A stretch of 37,895 nt of DNA from Candidatus Kuenenbacteria bacterium CG08_land_8_20_14_0_20_37_23 (GCA_002778965.1 PEXX01000036.1:1-37895); one strand, 5' to 3'; shown: positions 1 to 9,586, counted from the stretch's first letter. Notes: a model not told the origin generated them from the sequence alone. Translations and numbers: made by a program.

Positions 1-2
1 TC

Positions 3-743
3 TCAAAATCATTTCCTGCTAGGAACAGCGTAGAGAGCTTGAGTGTCCTTGATGATATTTCGCTTGAAGTGTTGGAGTCAGAATTTTTTTGTATCGTTGG
101 TCCCTCTGGCTGCGGTAAGAGCACGATAATCAATCTCGTTGCTGGTTTCTTTCCGGCAGATAATGGAAAAATCACCATTGATCACAAACCAGTTACTGCG
201 CCTGATTCATCAAGAACAGTTGTTTTTCAAGAATACGCACTTTTCCCTTGGAAAACAGTTTTTGAAAATATAGAATTTGGCTTGAAGTGCAAAAACGTTG
301 AAGATCGAGAGCGTCAACGTATTGTGCAAGAACTTCTCAAAAAAGTTAGGCTTGAAAAATTTACTGATAATTATCCTCACGAGTTGTCTGGAGGGATGAA
401 ACAGCGCGTTGCTTTAGCACGAGCCTTTGCGGTAAAACCAGACATCATTTTAATGGATGAGCCTTTCGCTTCGCTCGATCAACAAACACGGGACTTGCTC
501 CAGGAGGAGCTAATAAACTTTCAAGTCGAACTTAAACAAACTATTCTTTTTGTCACTCACAATGTAGAAGAAGCACTTTTTTTAGGAGACAGAATTTTAG
601 TATTGAGTCATCGTCCATCAAGAATTAAATCACTTGTTTCTGTACCATTTGACAAACCACGTTCTCCTGATATTCGAAACGAGAAACAATTTTTGGATTT
701 GAAGAATAAAATTTGGCACTCGCTACGCGAGGAAATAGTATAA
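3..743 (+). CDS. ABC transporter ATP-binding protein, nitrate/sulfonate/taurine (NitT/TauT) type; 5' end probably outside the window
   Basis: The frame stays open to the window start (the track start at 39 is TTG). Walker A GPSGCGKST, signature LSGGMKQR, Walker B ILMDEPF. Confidence 0.85.
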   Translation, partial: SKSFPARNSVESLSVLDDISLEVLESEFFCIVGPSGCGKSTIINLVAGFFPADNGKITIDHKPVTAPDSSRTVVFQEYALFPWKTVFENIEFGLKCKNVEDRERQRIVQELLKKVRLEKFTDNYPHELSGGMKQRVALARAFAVKPDIILMDEPFASLDQQTRDLLQEELINFQVELKQTILFVTHNVEEALFLGDRILVLSHRPSRIKSLVSVPFDKPRSPDIRNEKQFLDLKNKIWHSLREEIV

Positions 744-756
744 ACGCCTGCCAAAA

Positions 757-1103
757 ACGAAAGCGAGGACTGCGCGGAATTCCCCCCTTCCGCGCCGTCC
801 GAGTCCGAATTGAAGCCCCGCCACTGCCTCGCTCCGCTCGGCAACCCCGAAGAAAAATGTTCCTTGCTTTTCAGATTTGCGCGCGCCCGATTTTTTCTGA
901 AAAAGGAAAGGACATTTTTTCTTTTGGGTTCTGCCCTGAATACTTCGGGCAGTGTGGCGGGGCGAAATGCGGACTTGGTTTTGCCAAAACTATTTTCTGG
1001 GGGAAAGAATTTCGCAAAACCTCGGCTGATGTTTGTTTGCGGGGCGGGAAGAAAAAGGGGTCCGGGGAAAATGAATTCCCGCTCCGCCCTCGCTTCGGCT
1101 GGC
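757..1103 (+). ncRNA. Unclassified GC-rich structured intergenic element (candidate large ncRNA, alternatively a MITE-like insertion)
   Basis: Nested complementary segments. Closing helix 758-768/1088-1097 with one bulge. Hairpin 767-800 (GCGCGGAA/TTCCGCGC plus GGAC/GTCC). Perfect 10-bp long-range helix 815-824/954-963 (GCCCCGCCAC/GTGGCGGGGC). Helix 843-865/903-930 encloses hairpin 868-875/896-903. Hairpin 931-936/947-952. Helix 962-968/1009-1015. G-U pairs in the 843-930 helix weakly favour the + strand. Only non-protein-like ORFs are present. Confidence 0.35.
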
Positions 1104-1143
1104 GGCGGAAAAACTCAAAGAGAAACTAAAAATTTGTTTAAGT

Positions 1144-1791
1144 CTAAAGTAGTAACCGATTGAACTGTATCATATAGCCGAGTCCAGATTGTGCACCGAC
1201 AAGTTCGGCGGTAATGACAACAATCCAGCCAACCCCAAGACCGATTTTCAAACCAGCAAAAATATGAGGTAAGGAGCTCGGGATAAGAATGTCGGTCAAA
1301 AATCTTTTCTTGTTTGAACCTAGGCTAAGAGCGACCCTTTTGTGAATTTCTTCCACAGCCATTACACCAAAAAGTGTATTAGTGAAAATCGGAAAGAATG
1401 CACCTAAAAAAACCAAAAAATATGCAGGAGCATCACCAAGACCAAACCAAAGAATTGCAAGAGGAATCCATGCGATTGGAGGAATCGGACGAAGTAATTC
1501 TATGATTGGGATAAAAAATGGTGTAATTTTTTGATTAGAGCCCAAAAGTAAACCAAGCCCTATTCCTAGCACTGAGGCAAAAAGAAAACCAATAAGAACT
1601 CGTTGCAAGCTTGCAAAAATATCAGAGATTAAAGAACCCGTACCGAACAGATCAATGAATGCATTTGCAACATTTAGAGGGCTTGGTAAAAGTTGTGTAT
1701 TTATAAATTCTAGAGACGCTGTTATTTGCCAAACAAAAATCAGAAAAACAATAGGAATAATTGCTTGCATTGTGTGTCTCAATATTTTCAT
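1144..1791 (-). CDS. ABC transporter permease (SsuC/TauC-like, BPD_transp_1), apparently C-terminally short
   Basis: Multi-TM protein with an EAA-loop-like VEEIHKRVALSLG segment and a GAQSGLGYMI motif. It ends 6 residues after that motif, where family members normally carry one more TM helix. Confidence 0.8.
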   Translation of the reverse strand: MKILRHTMQAIIPIVFLIFVWQITASLEFINTQLLPSPLNVANAFIDLFGTGSLISDIFASLQRVLIGFLFASVLGIGLGLLLGSNQKITPFFIPIIELLRPIPPIAWIPLAILWFGLGDAPAYFLVFLGAFFPIFTNTLFGVMAVEEIHKRVALSLGSNKKRFLTDILIPSSLPHIFAGLKIGLGVGWIVVITAELVGAQSGLGYMIQFNRLLL

Positions 1792-1793
1792 AG

Positions 1794-2840
1794 CTATTTA
1801 GATTGAACATCATTTATATTGAAATCAGAAATGTTTTTCTGTGCATCTCCCAAAATTGACTGATTAATTTCTTTACGGATATTGAAAGAATCTTTGAGAA
1901 ATCCATTTTTTACTGCTTCATCCATAATCTTCTCTAAATTAGCAATTCGTTCCTCATTCAATGAGATATTTATATCTGCAATTGATGAAGACTTAAGATT
2001 TTGCTCAAGAGAAGCTGCTCGGTCGAGAACTTCATTAGGTATGTTGGTTTTCGCTTCTTGAACAAACCAGTCATTCGCCAATTGTTGGTTTTTTGCGTAA
2101 AAGTAATAACCCTGAAGAAATGATCTGATGAAATCTTCAGCCGCTTCTGGATGAGATATGATAAAATCATTGGACATAACCACAAACGCTTGTGGCGTGA
2201 CCAGTTTTAGAATTCTCGCCTTGCCCGCAGCTTCTTGTAGCCCAATAGTTGGATCCCAACTAATGAACCCTGCTACATCACCCCAGCTTTCCGCCGTTCC
2301 TTTTTGTATCACACTCGACTGCTCTAAAATATCAAGATTCTGTAACTGAAAATCTTTTTGGGCATCAAATCCTTGTTCCTTCAAAAATGCGGTAACATGC
2401 AAGTGAGTGCCCGAACCATAAGGTCCCGGTATTTTTTTGCCTTTCAAATCAGCAACAGATTGATGGGAAGAATTTTTAGGAACAATAATTCCACCACGAA
2501 AATCTATAAGTCTGCTTACTATGGTCCATTTATCACTTTTTGATAAAAGATTGATTGCTGGAAAATCGGCAGTAAAAATTACATCAACATCACCTGCGAG
2601 AGCGGCTTCATTAAGAGGTCCGCCATAGCTAAAACTCTTAAATTCTCCACGAAGGCCGTTCGTTTCCAAAATATCAGTGTGTTTTAGCACTTGTGCTAAT
2701 TGTGCTTGAGGAACCCAGCCTATCTGCCATCCAATTCGAATCGTAGTCAATTCGCTTGGCTGGTTATCTTTTTTGAACACCAAGAAACCAACCCCCAGCA
2801 AAATGACAATGACTATTATCGTGATTAGTTGCTTATTCAT
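1794..2840 (-). CDS. ABC transporter substrate-binding protein (NMT1/SsuA/TauA-like) with N-terminal membrane anchor
   Basis: N-terminal hydrophobic helix followed by a periplasmic-binding-protein-like sequence. Separated by 2 nt from the permease gene on the same strand. Confidence 0.75.
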   Translation of the reverse strand: MNKQLITIIVIVILLGVGFLVFKKDNQPSELTTIRIGWQIGWVPQAQLAQVLKHTDILETNGLRGEFKSFSYGGPLNEAALAGDVDVIFTADFPAINLLSKSDKWTIVSRLIDFRGGIIVPKNSSHQSVADLKGKKIPGPYGSGTHLHVTAFLKEQGFDAQKDFQLQNLDILEQSSVIQKGTAESWGDVAGFISWDPTIGLQEAAGKARILKLVTPQAFVVMSNDFIISHPEAAEDFIRSFLQGYYFYAKNQQLANDWFVQEAKTNIPNEVLDRAASLEQNLKSSSIADINISLNEERIANLEKIMDEAVKNGFLKDSFNIRKEINQSILGDAQKNISDFNINDVQSK

Positions 2841-2887
2841 ATGTAATATAAGCTTATCAAAAATTCCTTAAGTCGTAAAGACACTCC

Positions 2888-2918
2888 AAAAATACAGCTA
2901 TTAAATAGCGGTATTTTT
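2888..2918 (-). terminator. Intrinsic terminator downstream of the sugar transferase gene
   Basis: 15-bp inverted repeat with one mismatch (AAAAATACAGCTATT / AATAGCGGTATTTTT). On the minus strand the stem is followed by a T-run. Confidence 0.5.
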
Positions 2919-2949
2919 GTATTATTATTGGCTTGTTTATTTGTCAATA

Positions 2950-4341
2950 TTACTGTCCTTTTCCAGAAAGCACTATTTTAACTGTTTTTAAAAGTATGGA
3001 CAGGTCAACTATAAATGATCTGTTCTTGATGTAATACAAATCATACTGCAATTTTTCCAAAGCATCTTCCTCTGAAGATCCGTATGGAAAATTGATTTGC
3101 GCCCAGCCGGTTATACCTGGTTTTATCAAAAGTCTGGTTTCATAAAATGGAATTTTTTCTTTCAGTTTTTCTATAAATTCCGGCCTTTCTGGCCTTGGAC
3201 CCACAAAGCTCATTTCTCCACGCAAAACATTTATTAGCTGCGGTATTTCATCAATTCTTGTTTTGCGCAGAAATTTGCCCACGATTGTTATTCTTGGATC
3301 TGATATTTGCGCCCATTGCGGGCCGTTTTTTTCCGCATTATTATACATTGTTCTGAATTTTACGGCCATAAATTTTTTGCCGTTTTTGCCAGTGCGCTGT
3401 TGCATAAAAAAACCAGGACCATTGCTACTTATTTTTATAGCAAGATAGACCAATGGAACAAACAACGCGGTCAATAAAAGTAACATGCCTGACAAAAAAA
3501 TATCCATTACTCGTTTAATAGCTTCATACGCCTGCTTTGCCCCTTCGCGCACATTTTCCAAAAACCACATTTGTCCGATGATATTTATTAAGACTTTGCC
3601 TGTAAATTTTTCAGCGAATGAAGGCAAGTCTAAAATATTTATTTGCAGATCAAGAGATTTATACAACTCATTTATAATTCGCGGGGCATCAGCAGTTTCA
3701 GCCGTTATCACAACCGTTTTAATTTTATGCAGATCAATATATTCCCTTATTTTATCCTCATTGGAAATCACGTCAATCTCTCCTGGTTTAAAACAAGTCA
3801 GATCAATTTGGCTTAGTTGAATAATTCCTGAAACAAAAAAACCAATTTGCGGTTTCTGATTTATATTTCTTACTAATTCTAAGGTTTCCTTTGAAAGACC
3901 CACAAAAATTATTTTCTCAATGAATTTTTTGGATAAAATCAATCTATTATAAATATGGCGCCACAGAGAAACAAATATTCCAAAAAATAAAATATTTATG
4001 ATTAAAATTGTTTTAGGCGAAATTCCGGCCGTTGCTAAATAAAAGAAAATAAAACCCAGTACTATACACCATATCAAACTATTGATTAATAATGCGTAAA
4101 AACGCATATCATTTTTTGCAACGGGCAGATCATATAATTTATTGATGAAAAAAATTATCAGCCATATTGAAAAAATCACGGTAAAAGGAGGCAGGTGTTT
4201 ATTCCATAACTCCATACTAACCGGGCGCCAATATCTCGCTAGCAAGGTCAGCCATAATGAAAAATAAAGAATTGCCACATCTCCAGTAAATAGAACCAAA
4301 CGTTTAATTTTTGGGATAATGTTGAACATAAATTGTTTCAA
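2950..4341 (-). CDS. Polyprenyl-phosphate glycosyl-1-phosphate transferase (WbaP/WcaJ-type bacterial sugar transferase)
   Basis: N-terminal TM helices and a central nucleotide-binding-like domain. The C-terminal sugar-transferase domain has GPRPERPEF and KPGITGWAQI motifs. Confidence 0.85.
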   Translation of the reverse strand: MKQFMFNIIPKIKRLVLFTGDVAILYFSLWLTLLARYWRPVSMELWNKHLPPFTVIFSIWLIIFFINKLYDLPVAKNDMRFYALLINSLIWCIVLGFIFFYLATAGISPKTILIINILFFGIFVSLWRHIYNRLILSKKFIEKIIFVGLSKETLELVRNINQKPQIGFFVSGIIQLSQIDLTCFKPGEIDVISNEDKIREYIDLHKIKTVVITAETADAPRIINELYKSLDLQINILDLPSFAEKFTGKVLINIIGQMWFLENVREGAKQAYEAIKRVMDIFLSGMLLLLTALFVPLVYLAIKISSNGPGFFMQQRTGKNGKKFMAVKFRTMYNNAEKNGPQWAQISDPRITIVGKFLRKTRIDEIPQLINVLRGEMSFVGPRPERPEFIEKLKEKIPFYETRLLIKPGITGWAQINFPYGSSEEDALEKLQYDLYYIKNRSFIVDLSILLKTVKIVLSGKGQ

Positions 4342-4423
4342 GTGTATTCAATTTTTGTTAAAAAGTCAAATTTTGGCGTAATTTTATAATTGTCTCATTT
4401 TTTAATTTGCTGATTTAGCTGTA

Positions 4424-4439
4424 GCGCATGTATATGCGC
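4424..4439. promoter_or_regulatory. Small palindrome GCGCAT-GTAT-ATGCGC in a divergent promoter region
   Basis: 6-bp perfect inverted arms with a 4-bp spacer, GC-rich in an AT-rich spacer between divergent genes (2950-4341 minus, 4492-6702 plus). Confidence 0.2.
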
Positions 4440-4491
4440 AAATAGTTGCCTGCGCTTGCTGAATTTTTTGTTATATTATAAAATAAACTTA

Positions 4492-6702
4492 ATGACTAAC
4501 TGTGAAAATACAACAACAAAATACCTCAAATATGCTGTTTGGGGATGTTTATATTTAGTTTTGATTACGCCTCTTCTTGTCAGTTCAAAATTTATTTTTC
4601 CTTTTATAACCCTAAAGGTAATCTACTTCAGAATAGTCGTTGAAATAGCCATCTTTTTTTACCTTATACTCGCTTTGGCTAATCCGTATTTCAAGCCGAA
4701 ATTCAATAAACTAATATGGCTTATATTTTGCTTTGGCCTAATTGTTTTTTTGACAGGGCTTTTAGGCGTCAACCCGTATAAGAGTTTTTGGGGAACAATA
4801 GAAAGAGGGGAGGGATTTTTAACCATTGCGCATTTAATCGCCTATTTTTTTATTTTAGCTCAAGTTGTAAAAACTAAGCGCGATTGGCTCAATTTTTTAA
4901 GCGCCCATGTAATCACCAGTTTTCTAGTTTGCATCTATGCCATAGCCCAGCGCTTTGGCGCGAGTTGGGCGATCCACTCCGGTGAAGATAGGCTTTCTTC
5001 AACGCTTGGCAACGCTGCATATCTTGGCGGATATATGCTCGGTAATTTTTGGTTCTGTCTGCTTTTGTTTTTTGAGAAAAAAAAATATTTGTGGAAAATA
5101 TTTTTTGCTCTAGTTGGGATATTCCAAGTATATATACTTTTCCAAACTCAAACTCGCGGAGCTATGCTCGCTTTTATTTTAAGTCTTTTTTTATTTTCAA
5201 TAATCGGTCTTTTTTTTATTAAAAATCGTTCTGTCAAAATAACATCATTAATTATTTTCGCGTTGCTCCTCTTTGCCGGCAGTTTTAGTTTTATGAATCA
5301 CGCTAAGCCGTGGATCAGCGAAAGAGGCCCTATTCACCGCCTTTTAAATATATCTACCAATAGTATTACGGTTGAATCGCGTCTTTTGGCATGGGACTCT
5401 TCCTGGCAAGGTTGGCAAGATCGATTTTTATTTGGTTATGGATGGGAAAACTATAATGTCGCCTTTAATAAATATTTTCATCCGGAAATATACCGCGATG
5501 CTGGATCACAAGTCTGGTTTGATCGCGCTCATAACACAATTTTTGATATTGCTGTAGCGACCGGAATTATCGGCTTAATAATTTATCTCACAATTTTTTT
5601 CTGCGCTTTTGTTATTCTTTTCAAAAAAATACGCGACCAGCAAAATATTTTTTTGAGCCTTGTCCTTTGTATGTTTCTCATAGCGCATTTTTTGCAAAAT
5701 ATATTTGTTTTTGATTCAATTCCAACATATATTATGCTTTTTTCCGCTTTTGGAATCATTGCTTATATAGGCAATGATCATCAAAATGAAACAAAAACAG
5801 AGATAAAACCAATTAATCTTTATGCTATTGTTTTTGGATTTGTCGCGTTAATAATAGCTGTTTTTTCTTTTAACATCAATCCAGCGCAAGCCAATCAAGC
5901 AGGCCTTGATGCAATGAAGCTGTTTTATACCGGCAATGTCGTTGCTGCCGTCAATGGTTTTGACCGGGCCATTCAGATGGCTACATATCAAACACCTGAA
6001 TTGCGGCAGAAGCTAGCAGAAAGTATTATTTCGCACTATAATACCGGCTCTAATTTAAAAACGGACGAGGACGAAGCAATCACGCATAAAGCAATTATTG
6101 AAATTAAAAATAATATCCAAGAAGACCCGTTGGAAGCAAGAAACTATCTATATATAATGTCACTTTATAATAGTTTATATTCAAAAGACAAGGAAAAATT
6201 GATGCAGGCAATAAATTATGGCAAAAAAGCAAAAACCCTGTCTCCGACAAGACAGCAAATTTATTTTGAATTAGGACGCGCGGCGCTCGGTCTTGGGATG
6301 ATCCAAGACGGTCTTTACTATTTCAAGAAAGCGGTTGATCTAAATCCGTCTGCGATTGATTCTTATTGGAATCTTTTGTCAGCCTATGCTATTACTGGCC
6401 AAAATGACCAGGCAGAAGCTACGCTTGCAATAATTACGAAAAAAGGAGCCGGTGAATCTAAAAAAGATTTGAAAAGATTGTTAAATATCTACGCTTCTAT
6501 CAAGTCTTTTCAAAAAATGAAAGAAATCTATGAAAAGCTTATTGTTTTAGATCCATTAAATATTGATTATCGCTTTAAACTTGCAGCCGTTTATAAAGCG
6601 CTCGGGGATGTGTCAACAGCCAGATCAACAGCATTGACTATCAAAGAAATAAAGCCGGAAGCCGTTGTTGAAGTTGATAAATTTTTAGAAACATTGGAAT
6701 AA
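4492..6702 (+). CDS. O-antigen ligase (Wzy_C) family membrane protein fused to C-terminal TPR repeats
   Basis: About 440 aa polytopic membrane region with a QTRGAMLAF-type O-antigen ligase loop, then about 270 aa of TPR-like helical repeats. ATG at 4492 is preferred over the TTG at 4456. Confidence 0.75.
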   Translation: MTNCENTTTKYLKYAVWGCLYLVLITPLLVSSKFIFPFITLKVIYFRIVVEIAIFFYLILALANPYFKPKFNKLIWLIFCFGLIVFLTGLLGVNPYKSFWGTIERGEGFLTIAHLIAYFFILAQVVKTKRDWLNFLSAHVITSFLVCIYAIAQRFGASWAIHSGEDRLSSTLGNAAYLGGYMLGNFWFCLLLFFEKKKYLWKIFFALVGIFQVYILFQTQTRGAMLAFILSLFLFSIIGLFFIKNRSVKITSLIIFALLLFAGSFSFMNHAKPWISERGPIHRLLNISTNSITVESRLLAWDSSWQGWQDRFLFGYGWENYNVAFNKYFHPEIYRDAGSQVWFDRAHNTIFDIAVATGIIGLIIYLTIFFCAFVILFKKIRDQQNIFLSLVLCMFLIAHFLQNIFVFDSIPTYIMLFSAFGIIAYIGNDHQNETKTEIKPINLYAIVFGFVALIIAVFSFNINPAQANQAGLDAMKLFYTGNVVAAVNGFDRAIQMATYQTPELRQKLAESIISHYNTGSNLKTDEDEAITHKAIIEIKNNIQEDPLEARNYLYIMSLYNSLYSKDKEKLMQAINYGKKAKTLSPTRQQIYFELGRAALGLGMIQDGLYYFKKAVDLNPSAIDSYWNLLSAYAITGQNDQAEATLAIITKKGAGESKKDLKRLLNIYASIKSFQKMKEIYEKLIVLDPLNIDYRFKLAAVYKALGDVSTARSTALTIKEIKPEAVVEVDKFLETLE

Positions 6703-6743
6703 ATGTCCAACGCATCAAATGCTGATAAAATTTTTCTATTTTT

Positions 6744-8948
6744 ATGCTTAAAAAGATATTACTCATAACAATCGTTTCCGTTTTGCTCCTTATAAGAGGA
6801 TCTTTTAGGAATGCTCAAAAAATAGATGCTGAAGAAAACATATTGGCAGAACATATTTCTAACGAAGTCATCATTAAACTAAAAAATTCAGACAAAATAT
6901 ATTTACTGAAAACCACTTACGGCTTGCATGAAGTTATTGAAGTCAACCAGAGGAATCAAACGATAGAATATATTGAACCAAACTATCTTTATCGTGCGGC
7001 GATAGAGCCGCATGACCCTTTCTATACGCAGGAGTTGCATCTTTCCAGTACACGGGCGAATCTTGCATGGAATTATACGACCGGAAGCAAAGATTACACT
7101 ATTGCGATTATTGATACTGGAGTTGATATTGATCATGAAGATTTAAAAAATAACATCTGGCGCAATGTAGATGAGATTCAAGGAAACAGCATTGACGATG
7201 ACGGCAATGGTTTTATTGATGATGTAGTTGGTTGGGATTTTACATCAGAAAACCCTGACCCAAGGCCTAAATTCACAAATAATTACAGTTTTCTTGGTAT
7301 AAACCACGGCACAATCGTAGCTGGCATAGCAGCAGCCGAGGGAAATAACAGCATTGGCATAGTTGGTATAACTTGGCACGCTAGTATAATGTCTCTAAGG
7401 GTGCTGGATAGTTCTGGCACTGGCAATACTTTTGACGTTGCGAGAGCGATTGATTATGCAAGAGAAAACAATGCTCATATAATTAATCTTAGTTTTGTCG
7501 GTAGCGGTTATTCTGCGACATTGAATAAAGCCATAGAAAAAGCACATCAAGCGGGCATTTTAATCATAGCTGCTGCTGGCAATGAAGTTAACGAGGGAGT
7601 CAATATGAGCGATTCTCCTCAATATCCAGTGTGTCATGATGGATATAACGGCGACAATTGGGTTATTGGCGTGGCATCTCTTGATAATTCGGACAAACTG
7701 GCCAGTTTTTCAAATTATGGCGATTGTATTGACGTGGCAGCTCCTGGCGTTGGTCTTTTCAGCACTCTTTACCAAAATGAAAATTACAAAAAATTTAATC
7801 GAGCTTATGGCGGCTATTGGTCAGGTACGTCTGTATCAGCGCCACAAGTAGCCGGCTTAGCAGTTCTTTTAAAATCACTCAAGCCGATGCTTTCCGTTTT
7901 TGAGCTAAAAGATTTAATAATCAGTAATGCTGATAATGTTGAACATAAAAATTTTTTGTATCAAAACAAACTTGGCAGTGGAAAAATAAATATTTTGCAA
8001 TCAGTCATCGCTGCTCGAAAAATCACACCAAAAGCGGAATTATCTTTTGATAGAATAATTACCAGCCCTGACTCCAATGGTGGCCCGCACATTAAAATAT
8101 TTAAAGCCGATAAATTGGAAACTCAATTTTTTGCTTTTGAGGAAGATAAAATTTTTGGAGCCAATGTCGCTACTGTGGATATCAGTCAAGATGAGGTAGA
8201 AAATATTATAGTCAGCGCGGCCAAAGGTGAAAAGCCGTGGGTAAAAATTTTTGACATCTACGGCAATCAAAAAGCTAAATTTCTCGCTTTTGACGAAAAT
8301 TTTATTGGCGGAGTCAAAATTGCGGCCGGAGATGTTGATCATGACGGGGAAGACGAAATTGTCGCGGTGCCTGAAAGCGATTACGCCCCGATTGTTAAGA
8401 TATTTGCCTTAACAGGTTCATTGGAAAAAGAATTTTACGCTTTCAATAAATTTTTTACCAAAGGACTGAATATCGCTGTGGCTGATATAAATAATGACAA
8501 ATTTGATGAAATAATCATTACTCCAAGCCATGGCACATCGCCGATTATTAAATTTTTTAATTACGCGGGTTTGATAATCGGTCAATTTATGGCAAATGAC
8601 GCAAATTTTTTTAACGGCGTAAATATAGCTGTTGGAGATATCAATGGCGATAATCAACTGGAAATAATTACTGGTAATCGAGTAGGCGCTTCGCCTGAAG
8701 TTAAGATATTCAATGTTTCTGGGGTGATCTTGCGTAGATTTTTGGCCTATCATGAAAATTTTATCGGCGGAGTCAATGTGGCCGCTGGTGACATCAATGG
8801 CAACGGAATTGATGATATCGTCACAGGTGCCGGACCGGGCGGAGGTCCGCATGTAAGAATATTTACAGCTGACGGCCAAGTCATTACGCAATTTTTTGCC
8901 TATGATCAAAAATTCAGAGGGGGCGTAGCGGTTTCTGTAGAAAAATAA
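6744..8948 (+). CDS. Secreted subtilisin-family (S8) serine protease with C-terminal FG-GAP/VCBS-like repeat domain
   Basis: Signal anchor and an I9-like propeptide. Catalytic triad contexts IIDTGVD, NHGT and GTSVSAP. Six roughly 46-aa repeats follow (HIKIF, WVKIF, IVKIF, IIKFF, EVKIF, HVRIF, each followed by GDxxxDGxDEI-like loops). Confidence 0.85.
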   Translation: MLKKILLITIVSVLLLIRGSFRNAQKIDAEENILAEHISNEVIIKLKNSDKIYLLKTTYGLHEVIEVNQRNQTIEYIEPNYLYRAAIEPHDPFYTQELHLSSTRANLAWNYTTGSKDYTIAIIDTGVDIDHEDLKNNIWRNVDEIQGNSIDDDGNGFIDDVVGWDFTSENPDPRPKFTNNYSFLGINHGTIVAGIAAAEGNNSIGIVGITWHASIMSLRVLDSSGTGNTFDVARAIDYARENNAHIINLSFVGSGYSATLNKAIEKAHQAGILIIAAAGNEVNEGVNMSDSPQYPVCHDGYNGDNWVIGVASLDNSDKLASFSNYGDCIDVAAPGVGLFSTLYQNENYKKFNRAYGGYWSGTSVSAPQVAGLAVLLKSLKPMLSVFELKDLIISNADNVEHKNFLYQNKLGSGKINILQSVIAARKITPKAELSFDRIITSPDSNGGPHIKIFKADKLETQFFAFEEDKIFGANVATVDISQDEVENIIVSAAKGEKPWVKIFDIYGNQKAKFLAFDENFIGGVKIAAGDVDHDGEDEIVAVPESDYAPIVKIFALTGSLEKEFYAFNKFFTKGLNIAVADINNDKFDEIIITPSHGTSPIIKFFNYAGLIIGQFMANDANFFNGVNIAVGDINGDNQLEIITGNRVGASPEVKIFNVSGVILRRFLAYHENFIGGVNVAAGDINGNGIDDIVTGAGPGGGPHVRIFTADGQVITQFFAYDQKFRGGVAVSVEK

Positions 8949-9045
8949 TTCGGCCTTTATTATGCGTATCAAGCGCGCGTTTTTAAAATTCGCGTCAGAA
9001 AACCAGTTTTAATAACTGATAACCAGTAAATATATAAAAAATACA

Positions 9046-9546
9046 ATGATTAAAAAATTTTTTAATAAAATAATCGATAGATTCCGTTCCTTGCCATGTA
9101 TTAGAAAAAATCCTAGCGTTAAAGAAATCATTAAATACTCAATAGTTGGTAATTTCACGAGCATCCTGGATTTTGCCCTTTACATTTATCTGACTCGTTT
9201 TTTTCCATTTTGGAAGGAGCACTATTTGACGGCTAACTTTTTCGCAATATTGATAGATAGCGTCATTCGTTTTATTTTGCACAAAAAGTGGACATTCAGA
9301 AATGAAGGAAAAAATATCCATACGCAATATCTAAAATTCACCATAGTTTGCCTTTTGATCATGCTCACGGGTGAAGTTCTTCTCTATACAGCAGTTGAAT
9401 ATTTTGGTATTGGTGATGTTTTGGGTAAGCTTATTTCGTCTGTTATTATAACGATGTTTGCTTTCTTAAGCACTAAGTTGTGGGTCTTTGGACGCTCAAA
9501 AGAAAAACATATTGAAAAATATACTGGTCAAAATCTAAAAATTTGA
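9046..9546 (+). CDS. GtrA-family membrane protein
   Basis: Four predicted TM helices and a YSIVG...HKKWTFRN pattern typical of the GtrA family. Confidence 0.7.
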   Translation: MIKKFFNKIIDRFRSLPCIRKNPSVKEIIKYSIVGNFTSILDFALYIYLTRFFPFWKEHYLTANFFAILIDSVIRFILHKKWTFRNEGKNIHTQYLKFTIVCLLIMLTGEVLLYTAVEYFGIGDVLGKLISSVIITMFAFLSTKLWVFGRSKEKHIEKYTGQNLKI

Positions 9547-9586
9547 TATAATCAAATATAATCAACTAATATAAGAATTTTAATAT

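Noticed and set aside
757-1103. RNase P RNA, tmRNA, 6S or SRP RNA identity for the GC-rich element
   Set aside because: It has partial look-alikes (GAAAGCGAGG versus the P4 GAGGAAAGUCC, and AACCUCGGCUGAU versus ACAGAACCCGGCUUAU). However, their positions relative to the ends are wrong for RNase P. There is no T-arm/ACCA end or tag ORF for tmRNA, and no GGAA/AGCA SRP domain IV motif.
713-1163. ORFs 713..1129 (+) and 810..1163 (+) inside the GC-rich spacer
   Set aside because: Their translations are Arg/Gly/Pro-rich and low-complexity and do not resemble proteins. The open frames are a by-product of high GC (few stop codons). The region is better explained by nested RNA-like helices.
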